Translations under genes and position numbers: made by a program | NCBI GenBank assembly: GCA_036781645.1 | Contig: DAIQAO010000003.1 | Span: 2,865-66,864 of the forward strand | DNA length: 64,000 nucleotides | From: Dissulfurispiraceae bacterium | Lineage (GTDB): Bacteria > Nitrospirota > Thermodesulfovibrionia > Thermodesulfovibrionales > Dissulfurispiraceae | Direction: 5' to 3' | The notes under the pieces: generated by a model | Told to the model about the DNA's origin: nothing | What the model saw: the letters and a program-made list of their open reading frames with translations, nothing else | The model's database searches: none | Shown here: positions 33,200 to 43,360 of the stretch, piece after piece | Layout of the letters: each line of letters opens with the position of its first letter | Position numbering within the stretch: position 1 is the first letter of the stretch

Positions 33200-34042
33200 G
33201 TGGCAGAATTAATTACAAGCAAAGATATTGGCTTTCTCAAAGAACAGGCTCGCAGGATTAGAGTGGCGATTGTAAAGATGCTCACAGAGGCAGGTTCGGG
33301 ACACACGGGCGGCTCTCTATCTTCTGCGGATATAGTAGCAGCCTTGTATTTTTATAAAATGAAACACAAACCGTCAGACCCGAAGTGGGAGTTAAGAGAC
33401 AGATTCATTCTCTCCAAAGGGCATGCAGCCCCTCTTTTATATGCTGCTTTAGCCCTAACAGGGTATTTCGATCAGAATCTTTTAAAAACTCTCAGAAAAT
33501 TTAATTCGCCCTTACAGGGTCACCCCTCATCTAAACTCTTACAGGGAGTTGAGATATCAACTGGTTCATTGGGGCAAGGATTGTCAATCGCCAATGGTAT
33601 AGCATTGGGGCTTAAGCTAAGCAATATCCACTCGAGGGTTTATTGTCTCCTTGGAGACGGGGAGATACAGGAGGGACAGGTTTGGGAGGCGGCGATGACG
33701 GCAAGCCATTATTTATTAGATAATGTATGTGCGATAGTTGATTTAAACGACCTTCAGATAGACGGAAGATGTTCAGAGGTAATGAAAATCGAACCAGTTG
33801 CAAAAAAATGGGAGGCTTTCGGCTGGCATGTATTTGAAATAGACGGGCATAACATGGAGCAGATTGTTGAAACCCTTGATGCTGCTGAAAAAATTAAGAT
33901 TAAACCATCGGTTATTTTAGCAAGGACAATAAAAGGCAAGGGGGTCTCGATTTTTGAAAACAAGGTTGAATATCACGGCATCTCACCTACTGTAGATGAA
34001 CTTGGGATAGCCTTGAAGGAGCTTGGAGAAGATGGGAAGTAG
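33200..34042 (+). CDS. transketolase, N-terminal (TPP-binding) subunit
   Basis: SGHTGGSLS, GHAAP and GDGEIQEGQVWEA motifs. 280 aa, split-type transketolase. Confidence 0.9.
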   Translation: MAELITSKDIGFLKEQARRIRVAIVKMLTEAGSGHTGGSLSSADIVAALYFYKMKHKPSDPKWELRDRFILSKGHAAPLLYAALALTGYFDQNLLKTLRKFNSPLQGHPSSKLLQGVEISTGSLGQGLSIANGIALGLKLSNIHSRVYCLLGDGEIQEGQVWEAAMTASHYLLDNVCAIVDLNDLQIDGRCSEVMKIEPVAKKWEAFGWHVFEIDGHNMEQIVETLDAAEKIKIKPSVILARTIKGKGVSIFENKVEYHGISPTVDELGIALKELGEDGK

Positions 34043-35012
34043 AACACAGGAAATTAGTGGAAAAAAAGATAACGGAAGTTTTTTCGGGGTTGCAATCGCC
34101 ACAAGAGATGCATATGGTGAGGCACTCGCCGAACTCGGCAAGATAAATGAGAAAATAGTTGTGCTCGATGCAGACCTTTCCGGCTCCACAAAGACAAAAA
34201 AGTTTTCAAAGCTATTTCCTCAAAGATTTTTTAATATGGGTATATCTGAACAAGATATGGTAGGTACTGCATCTGGTTTATCCCTGACAGGCAAGATACC
34301 ATTTGCTTCCACTTTTGCTATTTTTGAGACAGGCAGGGCGTGGGAGCAAATCAGGCAAACGGTATGCTATTCAAACCTTAATGTGAAACTGGTTGCCACT
34401 CATGGCGGTATTTCTGTAGGCGAAGACGGGGCATCGCATCAATCACTCGAAGACATAGCATTAATGAGGGTTTTGCCTAATATGACTGTTATTGTCCCTG
34501 CTGATGGCTTAGAGACTAAACAAGTCATTAATGCTATTTCGGAATATGTAGGACCCGTTTATGTCAGGCTCGGTAGGGCAAAAGTGCCTTCGGTAATGCC
34601 TGCCGACTATTCCTTCAATATAGGGAATGCCCATGTGTTCAATATTGGCAGTGATGCCGTTCTGATAGCAAACGGCATAATGGTAGCCGCAGCATTGGAG
34701 GCAAGGGATATTCTAAAGGCAAAGGGTATTGACGCAGGCGTAATTAATATGTCAACAGTTAAGCCCATCGATACCCGAGTTCTTCTTGAAGTCGCTAACA
34801 AAACTCCCCTGATCGTCACTGCTGAAGAGCATTCCATAATAGGCGGTCTGGGCAGCGCCGTATCAGAATTTTTGTCGGAAAATCACCCTGTTAAAATTAT
34901 CAGAATAGGTGTCAGAGACTCATTTGGATGCTCGGGTAAACCTTCTGAACTTCTCAGTTTTTTTGGGTTGACAAGCGAAAATATAGCAAAAACTGTTATA
35001 AACAATTTATGA
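34032..35012 (+). CDS. transketolase, C-terminal (pyrimidine-binding) subunit
   Basis: RDAYGEAL, FNMGISEQDMVG and HQSLEDIA motifs. ATG at 34032 is preferred over TTG at 34023. Confidence 0.9.
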   Translation: MGSRTQEISGKKDNGSFFGVAIATRDAYGEALAELGKINEKIVVLDADLSGSTKTKKFSKLFPQRFFNMGISEQDMVGTASGLSLTGKIPFASTFAIFETGRAWEQIRQTVCYSNLNVKLVATHGGISVGEDGASHQSLEDIALMRVLPNMTVIVPADGLETKQVINAISEYVGPVYVRLGRAKVPSVMPADYSFNIGNAHVFNIGSDAVLIANGIMVAAALEARDILKAKGIDAGVINMSTVKPIDTRVLLEVANKTPLIVTAEEHSIIGGLGSAVSEFLSENHPVKIIRIGVRDSFGCSGKPSELLSFFGLTSENIAKTVINNL

Positions 35013-35033
35013 CCAAATACGATGTAGCGAAAA

Positions 35034-35687
35034 ATGATAACATTTAATAATGTCTCAAAATCTTATAACAATATAACCGTTCTAAGGCATATTACCTTCG
35101 AAGTAAAAAGGGGAGAGATGGTTTTTATAACAGGTCCAACAGGCTCTGGAAAAACAACCTTGCTAAAGCTTATTTACCACGCTGAAAAGCCGGACGAAGG
35201 GGAAATCAGGGTCGGAAATTTCAAAGTGACCTCATTGAATAAAAAAGAGATTCCATATCTCAGGAGAAATATAGGCATTATTTTTCAAGACTTCAAGCTC
35301 ATTGACAATATGACCGTATTTGATAATGTTGCATTAAGCCTTCAGATAAGAAAAGCCAAAGACATTAATAATTTTGTTTATGAGGCTTTGAAAAAAGTCC
35401 ATCTGAGGCATAAGGCAGACAGTTATCCTAAAATCCTTTCGGGAGGTGAACAGCAAAGGGTCGTAATTGCAAGGGCTATTGCCGCGAAAACAGAGCTCAT
35501 ACTCGCAGATGAACCGACTGCAAATCTCGACCCAAATACTGCAACCGCTATAATGCAGCTCATAAACGAAATAAATATTCAGGGAGCAACCGTCATAATT
35601 GCAACCCACTACAGGGAGCTCTTCAGAAACACATGGAAACGCGTTTTTAGACTCGACGAAGGCAATCTAATAGAGAGAGTCACATAG
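35034..35687 (+). CDS. ftsE: cell division ATP-binding protein FtsE
   Basis: Walker A GPTGSGKTT, signature LSGGEQQR, Walker B LILADEPT. Followed by ftsX. Confidence 0.92.
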   Translation: MITFNNVSKSYNNITVLRHITFEVKRGEMVFITGPTGSGKTTLLKLIYHAEKPDEGEIRVGNFKVTSLNKKEIPYLRRNIGIIFQDFKLIDNMTVFDNVALSLQIRKAKDINNFVYEALKKVHLRHKADSYPKILSGGEQQRVVIARAIAAKTELILADEPTANLDPNTATAIMQLINEINIQGATVIIATHYRELFRNTWKRVFRLDEGNLIERVT

Positions 35688-35691
35688 AGCT

Positions 35692-36561
35692 ATGCATTAT
35701 ATACTTAAATCAACATTTCAAAGCATTCTAAAGGAAAAGTGGATTAATATCCTCTCTGCCCTCGCTATTGCCTCAAGCCTTCTTATAATGGTTGTAACTT
35801 TTCTCCTGGTTTATAATTTTCACCTTGCGACAAACCGCCTTCCCGAACTTTTCTCTGTAGTCATATATTTGAAGGATAACCTATCCAGAGAGGAAACAGA
35901 TGAAATAATTAATCAGTTAAAACAAAGGAATGATATAGCGGGGGTTAAGTATATCTCAAAGGCGGATGCACTAGATGACTTTAAGAAAACAGTTAAAACT
36001 GCCAAAGCTATTTTAGAAGGAATTGATGATAATCCCTTTTCTTCTTATATAGAGCTTAAACTCAAAAGAGAATTTGTTTCACGCTCGGCTGTTGAGAACA
36101 TTTCAGCGGATATCAAAAAGATCAACGGCGTAGAAGAAACCTACTTTGCCGAAAGGATTGTTGAAACTATTCACTTTCTTAAAAAATCTGTGCACGGGGT
36201 TGGTATTTTTTTATTAGCGATTATCTCTGTTGTTGTCATATTCATATCTTACAGCACCGTTAAGATCCTGTTTTACCGCAAGCAGGAAGAGATTGAAATC
36301 ATGAAGCTTCTTGGGGCAACAAATAATTTTATCAAGGCTCCCTTTATTCTGGAAGGCGGGATGCTCGGTCTCGCAGGGGGGCTCTTTGCTGTAATTGAAG
36401 TTATGATTATTTTTATGGTTATAAAATATCAACTTAGCGGTATGCTGCCGGTTTTTGAGGGAATCGTCTTGCCGTTGCTAATCTTTCCTTTTTTGATTTT
36501 GACAGGCTGCTTACTTGGGATAATAGGCTCTTTTATAGCCATTGGCAGACTGAGGATTTAG
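35692..36561 (+). CDS. ftsX: cell division permease-like protein FtsX
   Basis: 289 aa: TM, periplasmic domain, then 3 TM. Follows ftsE. Confidence 0.9.
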   Translation: MHYILKSTFQSILKEKWINILSALAIASSLLIMVVTFLLVYNFHLATNRLPELFSVVIYLKDNLSREETDEIINQLKQRNDIAGVKYISKADALDDFKKTVKTAKAILEGIDDNPFSSYIELKLKREFVSRSAVENISADIKKINGVEETYFAERIVETIHFLKKSVHGVGIFLLAIISVVVIFISYSTVKILFYRKQEEIEIMKLLGATNNFIKAPFILEGGMLGLAGGLFAVIEVMIIFMVIKYQLSGMLPVFEGIVLPLLIFPFLILTGCLLGIIGSFIAIGRLRI

Positions 36562-36562
36562 A

Positions 36563-37792
36563 ATGTCCAGAAGAAGTTCCCTGCCGTTTGTTTTTTACGC
36601 ATCTCTTGTAATTCTGCCTTTAATATTACTTATTTTTTTGTTTTATTATTATGGATATGCAAACGCTAGGAATCTTCAGGAAGAATACAAGAAAACGCAG
36701 CAGGAACTCAAAACACAAAAGAAAAAGCTCGAAACCGTAAAAAAAACAGAAAGAAATATCCTCGAGGATCTGGGGAAAATTAGTGCCGAGCTTGCAGAAA
36801 TTGAGAATAAACTCAATATACAAAGGACAAAGATTAGTGAGCTGCGTTCTAATATCCACACCCTGCAGGGAGAGATAAATAATTACAACAAAAAATTAGC
36901 ATGGCAGAGAGAACTCCTAAAAAAGAGATTGAGAGCCCTTCAAAGGATTACTTATGAAAACGATCCAGTCCTGATAGTTTTAAGCGGTGAAGATCCTTCC
37001 CATGTTCTGAAGTCAATCAGATACCTAAAGGATATATCAGCCTATGATCAGTCCCTCATTAAACGATATCTCGCTACTGTTGCAACTCTCAGTGAAAAGG
37101 TTAAAAAACTTAAAGGTTTTGAGGTAGAACTGCAGAAAGAAGAGGATTCACTAAAGATGCTCGTTGAATCTCAAAAAGAAAAGAAAAATCAGAAGGAAAA
37201 GTTTCTCGCAAGCGTCAGAAAAGAAAAAAGTCATTATGAAAATATGGTTAAAAGCTTACAAGAATCTTCAAACAAGATACTCAAAATTATTGAAGAGGCT
37301 AATAGAAAAGAAAGAGAACTAAGGAAAAAGAAAGGCATTGAGACGAAACCCGGAACCAAAGACGAGGATTTGCCCGAATACAGCGCCTTTACTAAACTAA
37401 AAGGGAAACTTTCCTGGCCTGTAATTGGGACTATTGCACTGCCTTATGGTTCTCAGGCAGACCCCATTTTCAATCTCCCGGTTTACAGAAGCGGAATTCA
37501 TATCAAAACTCACCCCAACTCTGAGGTAAGATCTGTCCATGAAGGCAAGGTTGTCTTTGCAGAGAGTTTTAAAGGTTTTGGTCAATTAGTCATAGTAAGC
37601 CATGGTGGAGGATATCATACTCTTTACGGTAATCTGGCAAGAATTTTTTCAACAAATGGAGCTATAATAAAAGATAAGCAAACTATCGGAGAAGTAGGGG
37701 AGTCGCAATTGCTGGGAACTACAGCCTTGTATTTTGAGATAAGATACAAAGGCAAACCCCTCAATCCTGAACATTGGCTCAAAAAATCTTGA
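36563..37792 (+). CDS. murein hydrolase activator (EnvC-like: coiled coil plus M23/LytM domain)
   Basis: Long coiled coil followed by a C-terminal LytM-type domain (GIHIK...VIVSHGGGYHTLYGNL...YFEIR). Confidence 0.8.
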   Translation: MSRRSSLPFVFYASLVILPLILLIFLFYYYGYANARNLQEEYKKTQQELKTQKKKLETVKKTERNILEDLGKISAELAEIENKLNIQRTKISELRSNIHTLQGEINNYNKKLAWQRELLKKRLRALQRITYENDPVLIVLSGEDPSHVLKSIRYLKDISAYDQSLIKRYLATVATLSEKVKKLKGFEVELQKEEDSLKMLVESQKEKKNQKEKFLASVRKEKSHYENMVKSLQESSNKILKIIEEANRKERELRKKKGIETKPGTKDEDLPEYSAFTKLKGKLSWPVIGTIALPYGSQADPIFNLPVYRSGIHIKTHPNSEVRSVHEGKVVFAESFKGFGQLVIVSHGGGYHTLYGNLARIFSTNGAIIKDKQTIGEVGESQLLGTTALYFEIRYKGKPLNPEHWLKKS

Positions 37793-37839
37793 TTGGGTTA
37801 GTTAATTATCTATTTAAAATAAATTCGGAGGATAAATAG

Positions 37840-39111
37840 ATGTTTTTTAAAATGACAAAAAAAAGATTGATTTTAACGGCTTTTGTATGTGCCATAAGTG
37901 TAATAGCATTCCTTGCCGGCACATATACCCTTAGAACTGTAAGCGCCCAAAGCGGCTATGAAGAATTGAAGATATTCACAGAGGTAATTACCATCATAAA
38001 CAAAAACTATGTTGACGATGTTAAGACTAAAGATATAGTGTTATCAGCAATCAAGGGTATGGTAAGCTCTCTTGACCCCCATTCAGCGTATCTAACAGCT
38101 GATGCACTGAAGGAACTACAGGTGGAAACAAAGGGTGAGTTTGGAGGCATAGGCATCCAGATCGGCGTAAAGGATGGGATTCTTACGGTTATAGCCCCGA
38201 TTGATGATACGCCAGCCTTTAGGGCGGGGATTAAAGCCGGGGATAAGATACTCAAAATCGGCGCTGAGAATACTAAGAAAATGGAGATACATGAAGCTGT
38301 ATCAAAAATGAGGGGGCAAAAAGGGACATCAGTTACCCTCACAATTTTCAGGGAAGGCTGGAAAGAAACGAAAGATTTTACTATCGTAAGGGACATCATA
38401 AAGATTAAGAGTGTAAAGCCAAAATTACTAAGCGACGGCATCGGGTATGTTAAACTCACGCAGTTTCAAGAATCTACTGCAAACGACCTCTTAGCAGCTC
38501 TTAACAAACTCAAAAAGGACGGGATGACCTCCCTCATCTTAGATTTGAGAAACGACCCCGGAGGGCTTTTGAATATAGCTGTTGACACCGCCGACATATT
38601 TCTTCCCCCTAAAAAACTGGTTGTTTACATTAAAAACAGGAGCGGCGAGAAGATTGATTATTATACCGAAAAAGAAAATCCATACTTTGAAGAAATCCCG
38701 ATGGTTGTTCTGGTTAATCAGGGCAGTGCAAGTGCATCCGAGATCGTTGCAGGCGCCTTAAAAGACTGGAATAGGGCAATAATTATAGGTGTGCAGACAT
38801 TCGGAAAAGGTTCTGTCCAGAGCATCATCCCACTGAGTGATGGCTCAGGGCTCCGTCTTACAACTGCAAAGTATTATACACCAAAGGGAACAAGCATACA
38901 CAATGTCGGCATTACACCCGACATTATCGTCAAACAGGAAACAAAAGAACAACCTTCACATAAAGAAAAGGAGGTTTCAAAGGAAGACAAACAAAAAGAG
39001 GATATAATGCCCGTTGAGATTGATGAAAAAGATGATACTCAACTGCAAAGGGCTATTGATACTCTTCGAGCATGGAAGGTTTTTGAGAAAATGCTTAAAA
39101 AGGCGGCTTAA
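37840..39111 (+). CDS. carboxy-terminal processing protease (S41 family)
   Basis: PDZ domain (GGIGIQI...GDKILKI) and catalytic region (NQGSASASEI, FGKGSVQ). Confidence 0.9.
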   Translation: MFFKMTKKRLILTAFVCAISVIAFLAGTYTLRTVSAQSGYEELKIFTEVITIINKNYVDDVKTKDIVLSAIKGMVSSLDPHSAYLTADALKELQVETKGEFGGIGIQIGVKDGILTVIAPIDDTPAFRAGIKAGDKILKIGAENTKKMEIHEAVSKMRGQKGTSVTLTIFREGWKETKDFTIVRDIIKIKSVKPKLLSDGIGYVKLTQFQESTANDLLAALNKLKKDGMTSLILDLRNDPGGLLNIAVDTADIFLPPKKLVVYIKNRSGEKIDYYTEKENPYFEEIPMVVLVNQGSASASEIVAGALKDWNRAIIIGVQTFGKGSVQSIIPLSDGSGLRLTTAKYYTPKGTSIHNVGITPDIIVKQETKEQPSHKEKEVSKEDKQKEDIMPVEIDEKDDTQLQRAIDTLRAWKVFEKMLKKAA

Positions 39112-39116
39112 AACCA

Positions 39117-39791
39117 ATGAGCCGGTTAATCCTTGATATCGAAACATCTGGGGTAGATTTTGAATCATTAGATCCTGCCATCCAGGACTACCTTCTGAGA
39201 TGGACTGAAACTCCAGAAGATATAGAAAAGGTTAAGCAGAGCCTCTCTTTTTATCCTCAAACTGCTGAAATAATTGCACTGGGAATGCTTAACCCTGATA
39301 CAAACAATGGCAGGGTTTATTTTCAAGCGCCTGCAAAAAAGATTCAGTCGTTTCAACAGGACGGGATTATATTTGAGAGCGCTACCGAATATGAAATACT
39401 GACCTCATTCTGGAATACAATCAAATCCTATGACAAGTTAATTACCTTTAATGGGAGGGGATTTGACTGCCCATTTATTATAATTCGTTCTGCTGTAAAT
39501 AAGATAAGACCTACAAAGGAACTCCTTCCCAATAGATATTCGGATTTGCATATAGACCTCCTCGATCAACTGTCTTTTTACGGTGCGAGTAAGAGGAAAT
39601 TCAGCCTCGATATCTGGTGCAGGACTTTCAATATTAAAAGTCCGAAATCAGATGGGATTACCGGCTATGAAATAAAAGATTTATTTATGTCTGAGAGATA
39701 TGAAGATATAGCGCGTTATTGTGCAGGGGACTTAAGGGCGACGAAAGAACTGCTATCAGTCTGGGAAAACTATATACGCTTTCAGTCTTAA
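39117..39791 (+). CDS. RNase H-like / DEDD-type 3'-5' exonuclease domain protein
   Basis: LILDIETSG... and FNGRGFDCPF motifs resemble the PolB-exonuclease-like family. Confidence 0.6.
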   Translation: MSRLILDIETSGVDFESLDPAIQDYLLRWTETPEDIEKVKQSLSFYPQTAEIIALGMLNPDTNNGRVYFQAPAKKIQSFQQDGIIFESATEYEILTSFWNTIKSYDKLITFNGRGFDCPFIIIRSAVNKIRPTKELLPNRYSDLHIDLLDQLSFYGASKRKFSLDIWCRTFNIKSPKSDGITGYEIKDLFMSERYEDIARYCAGDLRATKELLSVWENYIRFQS

Positions 39792-39878
39792 GGCTTATTA
39801 ATCCCTTGAACCGTGGCCTATAAATAGAGATTTAAGCCTCGCACTAATATCTCCATTACTGCTTCTTAAGCTCTTAAT

Positions 39879-40358
39879 ATGGATGAATATCGTTTTATAG
39901 CCGATGCCATGCTCGGCAGACTTGCCAAATGGCTTAGGGTCATGGGGTATGACACCCTCTATTTCAGTTTAATAGATGATCCCGAGCTTATCAAAATAGC
40001 AAGACAGGAGCAGAGGATAATTTTAACAAAGGATACCTTATTAGCAAAGAGCCAGAAAGCTGACCCTGTTTTACTTATCCATTCAAATTATGCCGGCGAG
40101 CAGTTAAAAGAGGTGTTAATTTTCCTGCGGAATAAAACCCCCTTCCTACCAGAATTATCTCCGCGTTGTGTATCCTGCAATGGACAACTTATAACTATTG
40201 GCAAAGAATCAGCCATGAATAATGTTCCTGATTATATATTTCTGCAACAAAAAACGTTTCTCCTGTGCTCAGATTGCGGGAAGATTTTTTGGCATGGGTC
40301 GCATAAAAAAAGAATGGATGAAATGGTCAGAAATGTATTGAGGGAGCTAAAGATATGA
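39879..40358 (+). CDS. Mut7-C (PIN-like) RNase domain protein with a zinc ribbon
   Basis: FIADAMLGRLAKWLRVMGYDT N-terminus. CxxC...CxxC (CVSCNG / CSDCGK). Confidence 0.75.
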   Translation: MDEYRFIADAMLGRLAKWLRVMGYDTLYFSLIDDPELIKIARQEQRIILTKDTLLAKSQKADPVLLIHSNYAGEQLKEVLIFLRNKTPFLPELSPRCVSCNGQLITIGKESAMNNVPDYIFLQQKTFLLCSDCGKIFWHGSHKKRMDEMVRNVLRELKI

Positions 40359-40418
40359 AAAACCGGCAGACTATTGAATATACTCTATCGATTGAAAGTT
40401 TTCTCCGAGACATTCGAG

Positions 40419-41300
40419 TTAGAAATTAAACAGCCGTTCAGGTTTTATACTGCCTCCTGATATCTTCCCTATCCCTATAATTTTGCCTTCAGGGTCTTTG
40501 AGTCTTAAGAAAACTGGAGGCTTAACCGCCGTTAGATTTGCTGAATCTAAGTCATTCAAATTCACTGTATTGCCGTTTTTGATTCTCCGTAGTTCGCTAT
40601 CAGAAAACCTTAACTCAGGGAGATGTCCTAACGCATAATCAATTGTATATAAAGCCTTTTTCTTCAGAGGCAGTTCCTCAAGCTTAGCTGAATTCTCGAT
40701 TTTGAAACTGCCAATTTTAGTTCGTTGGAGTTCTGTCATGTGCGCACCTACATGAAGAGCCTCTCCAATATCATTGCAAAGGGAGCGAATATACGTGCCT
40801 TTAGAGCAAGACACCTTTAAGGTAATTAAGGGGAGGGTGTAATCGAGTAATTCTATTGAGTATATGGAAATTTTTCTCGGCTTCAAGTCCAGTTTAACTC
40901 CACTTCTGGCAAGTTTATAAAGCGGTGTGCCGTTGAGTTTTATGGCTGAGAACATTGGGGGTGTTTGTTCGACATCTCCGATAAATTGCTTCAAAACCTC
41001 TTTTATCTCGTCTTCTGAAACTCTGAAATCCTTTACTGTTTTAATCAACTTTCCTTCGGCATCATATGTATCAGTCGTCTCTCCCAGTTTTAATGTCGTA
41101 ATATACTCTTTGTCGAGCAAAGAGAGATAACCTGTAATCTTGGTTGCCTCATTCAGGCATATTAGGAGAATTCCAGTTGCGAGGGGATCGAGGGTTCCGG
41201 CGTGTCCGGCTTTTCTTGACTTAAAATATCTCTTCACGGCTTTAACCGCTTCTTGTGATGTAACATCTCTGCCTTTGTTAAAATTCACGATAATGTTCAT
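40419..41300 (-). CDS. truB: tRNA pseudouridine(55) synthase
   Basis: GHAGTLDPLATGILLI catalytic Asp motif. PUA-like C-terminus. Confidence 0.93.
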   Translation of the reverse strand: MNIIVNFNKGRDVTSQEAVKAVKRYFKSRKAGHAGTLDPLATGILLICLNEATKITGYLSLLDKEYITTLKLGETTDTYDAEGKLIKTVKDFRVSEDEIKEVLKQFIGDVEQTPPMFSAIKLNGTPLYKLARSGVKLDLKPRKISIYSIELLDYTLPLITLKVSCSKGTYIRSLCNDIGEALHVGAHMTELQRTKIGSFKIENSAKLEELPLKKKALYTIDYALGHLPELRFSDSELRRIKNGNTVNLNDLDSANLTAVKPPVFLRLKDPEGKIIGIGKISGGSIKPERLFNF

Positions 41301-43360
41301 AGTGTTCTGAGTTTGCCGATGCCAGTGAGCTCAAATATTAGCGAAACATTATATTCTGCAGACCTCGTCGAATCTTTAGGCTTTCTCGAAAAAATGGCAT
41401 TCAATGCCCAGCACTGTTGCTTGTATAAGGTCCTGAGGGAGGAATCCCGAAGCCCGCCCTTCTTGGCATCATATGACAAATTAGCGCCTACAGCAAGCCT
41501 TTTAGATATTGCATTCTCTAAACCTACAGAAAAAAACTTGATATCATTAGTTCTATCATATCGTTCCCCTGCAAATAGAGAAATCTTTTCAGATACCCTG
41601 ATATTTATCATTGAATTAAACCTTTCTGCATGGTTTTTATTAAAGTCATAAGCCGCCTCAAATCTCAGAATAAACGGTTCACTACTAATTGCTACATCCA
41701 TTGTTAGCGGCAGCAGGTTCTTGAGGTTGGTTTTAGGATTCAGATCATATGGCTGAATCAGACGAACAGATGCATTTAGATTCTTTGCCCTGATGGAATT
41801 ATAAAGGGATAATTCAAGCTGTGATGTCTTGTTCATGAGCTCGATGAAATCAAATACTTGGGGCTGGTCAATCCCTGAAATATATCTATATCCGAGAGAT
41901 AATTCAACATCATGAACGAAGGAACTATAAAATTTATAAAATCTTGTCAGGGCACTTGCCCTGTATTCCATAAGTCCTTTGCGAGGGGTTGAGTTATCAC
42001 CTGTGTATGAAGAAAGGTTGTAAAGAGACTGAATCAGCGAGACAGATTGAAAAAACCGTACCGCATCCCCGAAGGAATGTGAAAGCGTAGGGTTTAAAAG
42101 GAGCCTTTGTCCCTTTGTCTCTTTCTCCCTGTAAAAATTCGATATGCTCGAGGTCAAACTCAAAAGGAAAGGGCCTATTCTGGTCGGCTGAATTGTATAG
42201 CCAATTTCGGGAAGTTTCTGGATGGTGTGAGCGTCTTCATCCGCCAGATCAACCCAGTACTGGTTAAGAAAATAAAGCCTCGAATTACTAAAAGGTAGGT
42301 AGAACTCAGCAGATGACTGAAAAAACCTGTTTACATCGGTAAGCCCTCCCAGACTGGTTATCCTGCCGTCTAAGTTATATCCATATTCTTTATAAAAATC
42401 GGGATCGTTAATATAATTAATTCTTATAAAACCTTCCAATTTATTAAACTGAAAACGGTCTTCTACCCTGAAAGCAGAAAAATCTCTCTCAAGCTTTCTA
42501 TCCCTTAAATGATATGCCTGCCATGTGCCAATGCCTGTTGAATCCAGATACCTGTATTCAATACCCTTGCCATATCCTCTCCTGCTCAGATAATCAAGAT
42601 AAAAGGTTGCATCTCTGTCGTCATCAATCGCCCAGTAAAAGGCTGGGCTGAATTGAAAGCCTTTCTTTGAACTCGTTCCTACAATGGGCGGAAGAAATCC
42701 TGTCTGACGCTCAGTCATTATGGGTGTTAGAATATAAGGGGTATATATAACGGGCAAGCCTTTGATTTTATATGTAACATTTTTTGCGGTCAGGGTTTTA
42801 CCAAGCTCAATATTCACATCCTCCCCCTTGAAGCACCAGTCAGGAGATTGAAGAATTTCATCTGAAGGCTGTTCGGAGTATCCAATCGGGAATCTTTCGG
42901 GGGTTAAATAAGGCTCTGAGTTGCAGGTTGTAAAAGATGCGTAAGGGGCGTAGTATGAACTTTCCCCCGTTTTCGATATGGTTTTCCCTGTAATCCAATA
43001 ATTGTCTTTTTTGAAGAAAATGATCGCATCATGTATATTGCCCGTTTTAGTGTCAAGATTTATTAAGGCTCTCTTTGCCGTTATAGCGACATCTTTGTCT
43101 TGAAAAACTATGCTGCCTTCCGTTTCAGCCTCAGATGTTAATTCATTAAACGCTAACCTGTCAGCTGTTATTGTTATATGCTCCTTTTGAAGTCTGACAT
43201 TGCCTGTGGCGATATAAACGGCATCTTCAGGATAATACTCAAGAATTTCAGCCGTGATTACAGCAGCAAGACAATCTTTTGTTGGGCAAATCAGTAATAA
43301 AAGAAAAATTAAAGATATAAAAAAAATGTTTGAAAGGCTCTTTTTTGCCTTTACAATCAA
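41297..43360 (-). CDS. lptD: LPS-assembly outer membrane protein LptD
   Basis: Signal-like helix, N-terminal OstA-like domain, then a large beta-barrel region. The start is assigned to TTG at 43360, overlapping the folC stop as TTGA. The annotated 730-aa extension would overlap folC by 133 nt. Confidence 0.8.
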   Translation of the reverse strand: MIVKAKKSLSNIFFISLIFLLLLICPTKDCLAAVITAEILEYYPEDAVYIATGNVRLQKEHITITADRLAFNELTSEAETEGSIVFQDKDVAITAKRALINLDTKTGNIHDAIIFFKKDNYWITGKTISKTGESSYYAPYASFTTCNSEPYLTPERFPIGYSEQPSDEILQSPDWCFKGEDVNIELGKTLTAKNVTYKIKGLPVIYTPYILTPIMTERQTGFLPPIVGTSSKKGFQFSPAFYWAIDDDRDATFYLDYLSRRGYGKGIEYRYLDSTGIGTWQAYHLRDRKLERDFSAFRVEDRFQFNKLEGFIRINYINDPDFYKEYGYNLDGRITSLGGLTDVNRFFQSSAEFYLPFSNSRLYFLNQYWVDLADEDAHTIQKLPEIGYTIQPTRIGPFLLSLTSSISNFYREKETKGQRLLLNPTLSHSFGDAVRFFQSVSLIQSLYNLSSYTGDNSTPRKGLMEYRASALTRFYKFYSSFVHDVELSLGYRYISGIDQPQVFDFIELMNKTSQLELSLYNSIRAKNLNASVRLIQPYDLNPKTNLKNLLPLTMDVAISSEPFILRFEAAYDFNKNHAERFNSMINIRVSEKISLFAGERYDRTNDIKFFSVGLENAISKRLAVGANLSYDAKKGGLRDSSLRTLYKQQCWALNAIFSRKPKDSTRSAEYNVSLIFELTGIGKLRTL

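Noticed and set aside
33200-35012. Two adjacent transketolase ORFs overlapping by 11-20 nt, which could be read as a frameshifted single gene.
   Set aside because: Split transketolases with N-terminal TPP-binding and C-terminal pyrimidine-binding subunits of about 280 and 310 aa are a well-known natural arrangement. Both ORFs are complete domains with their own start.
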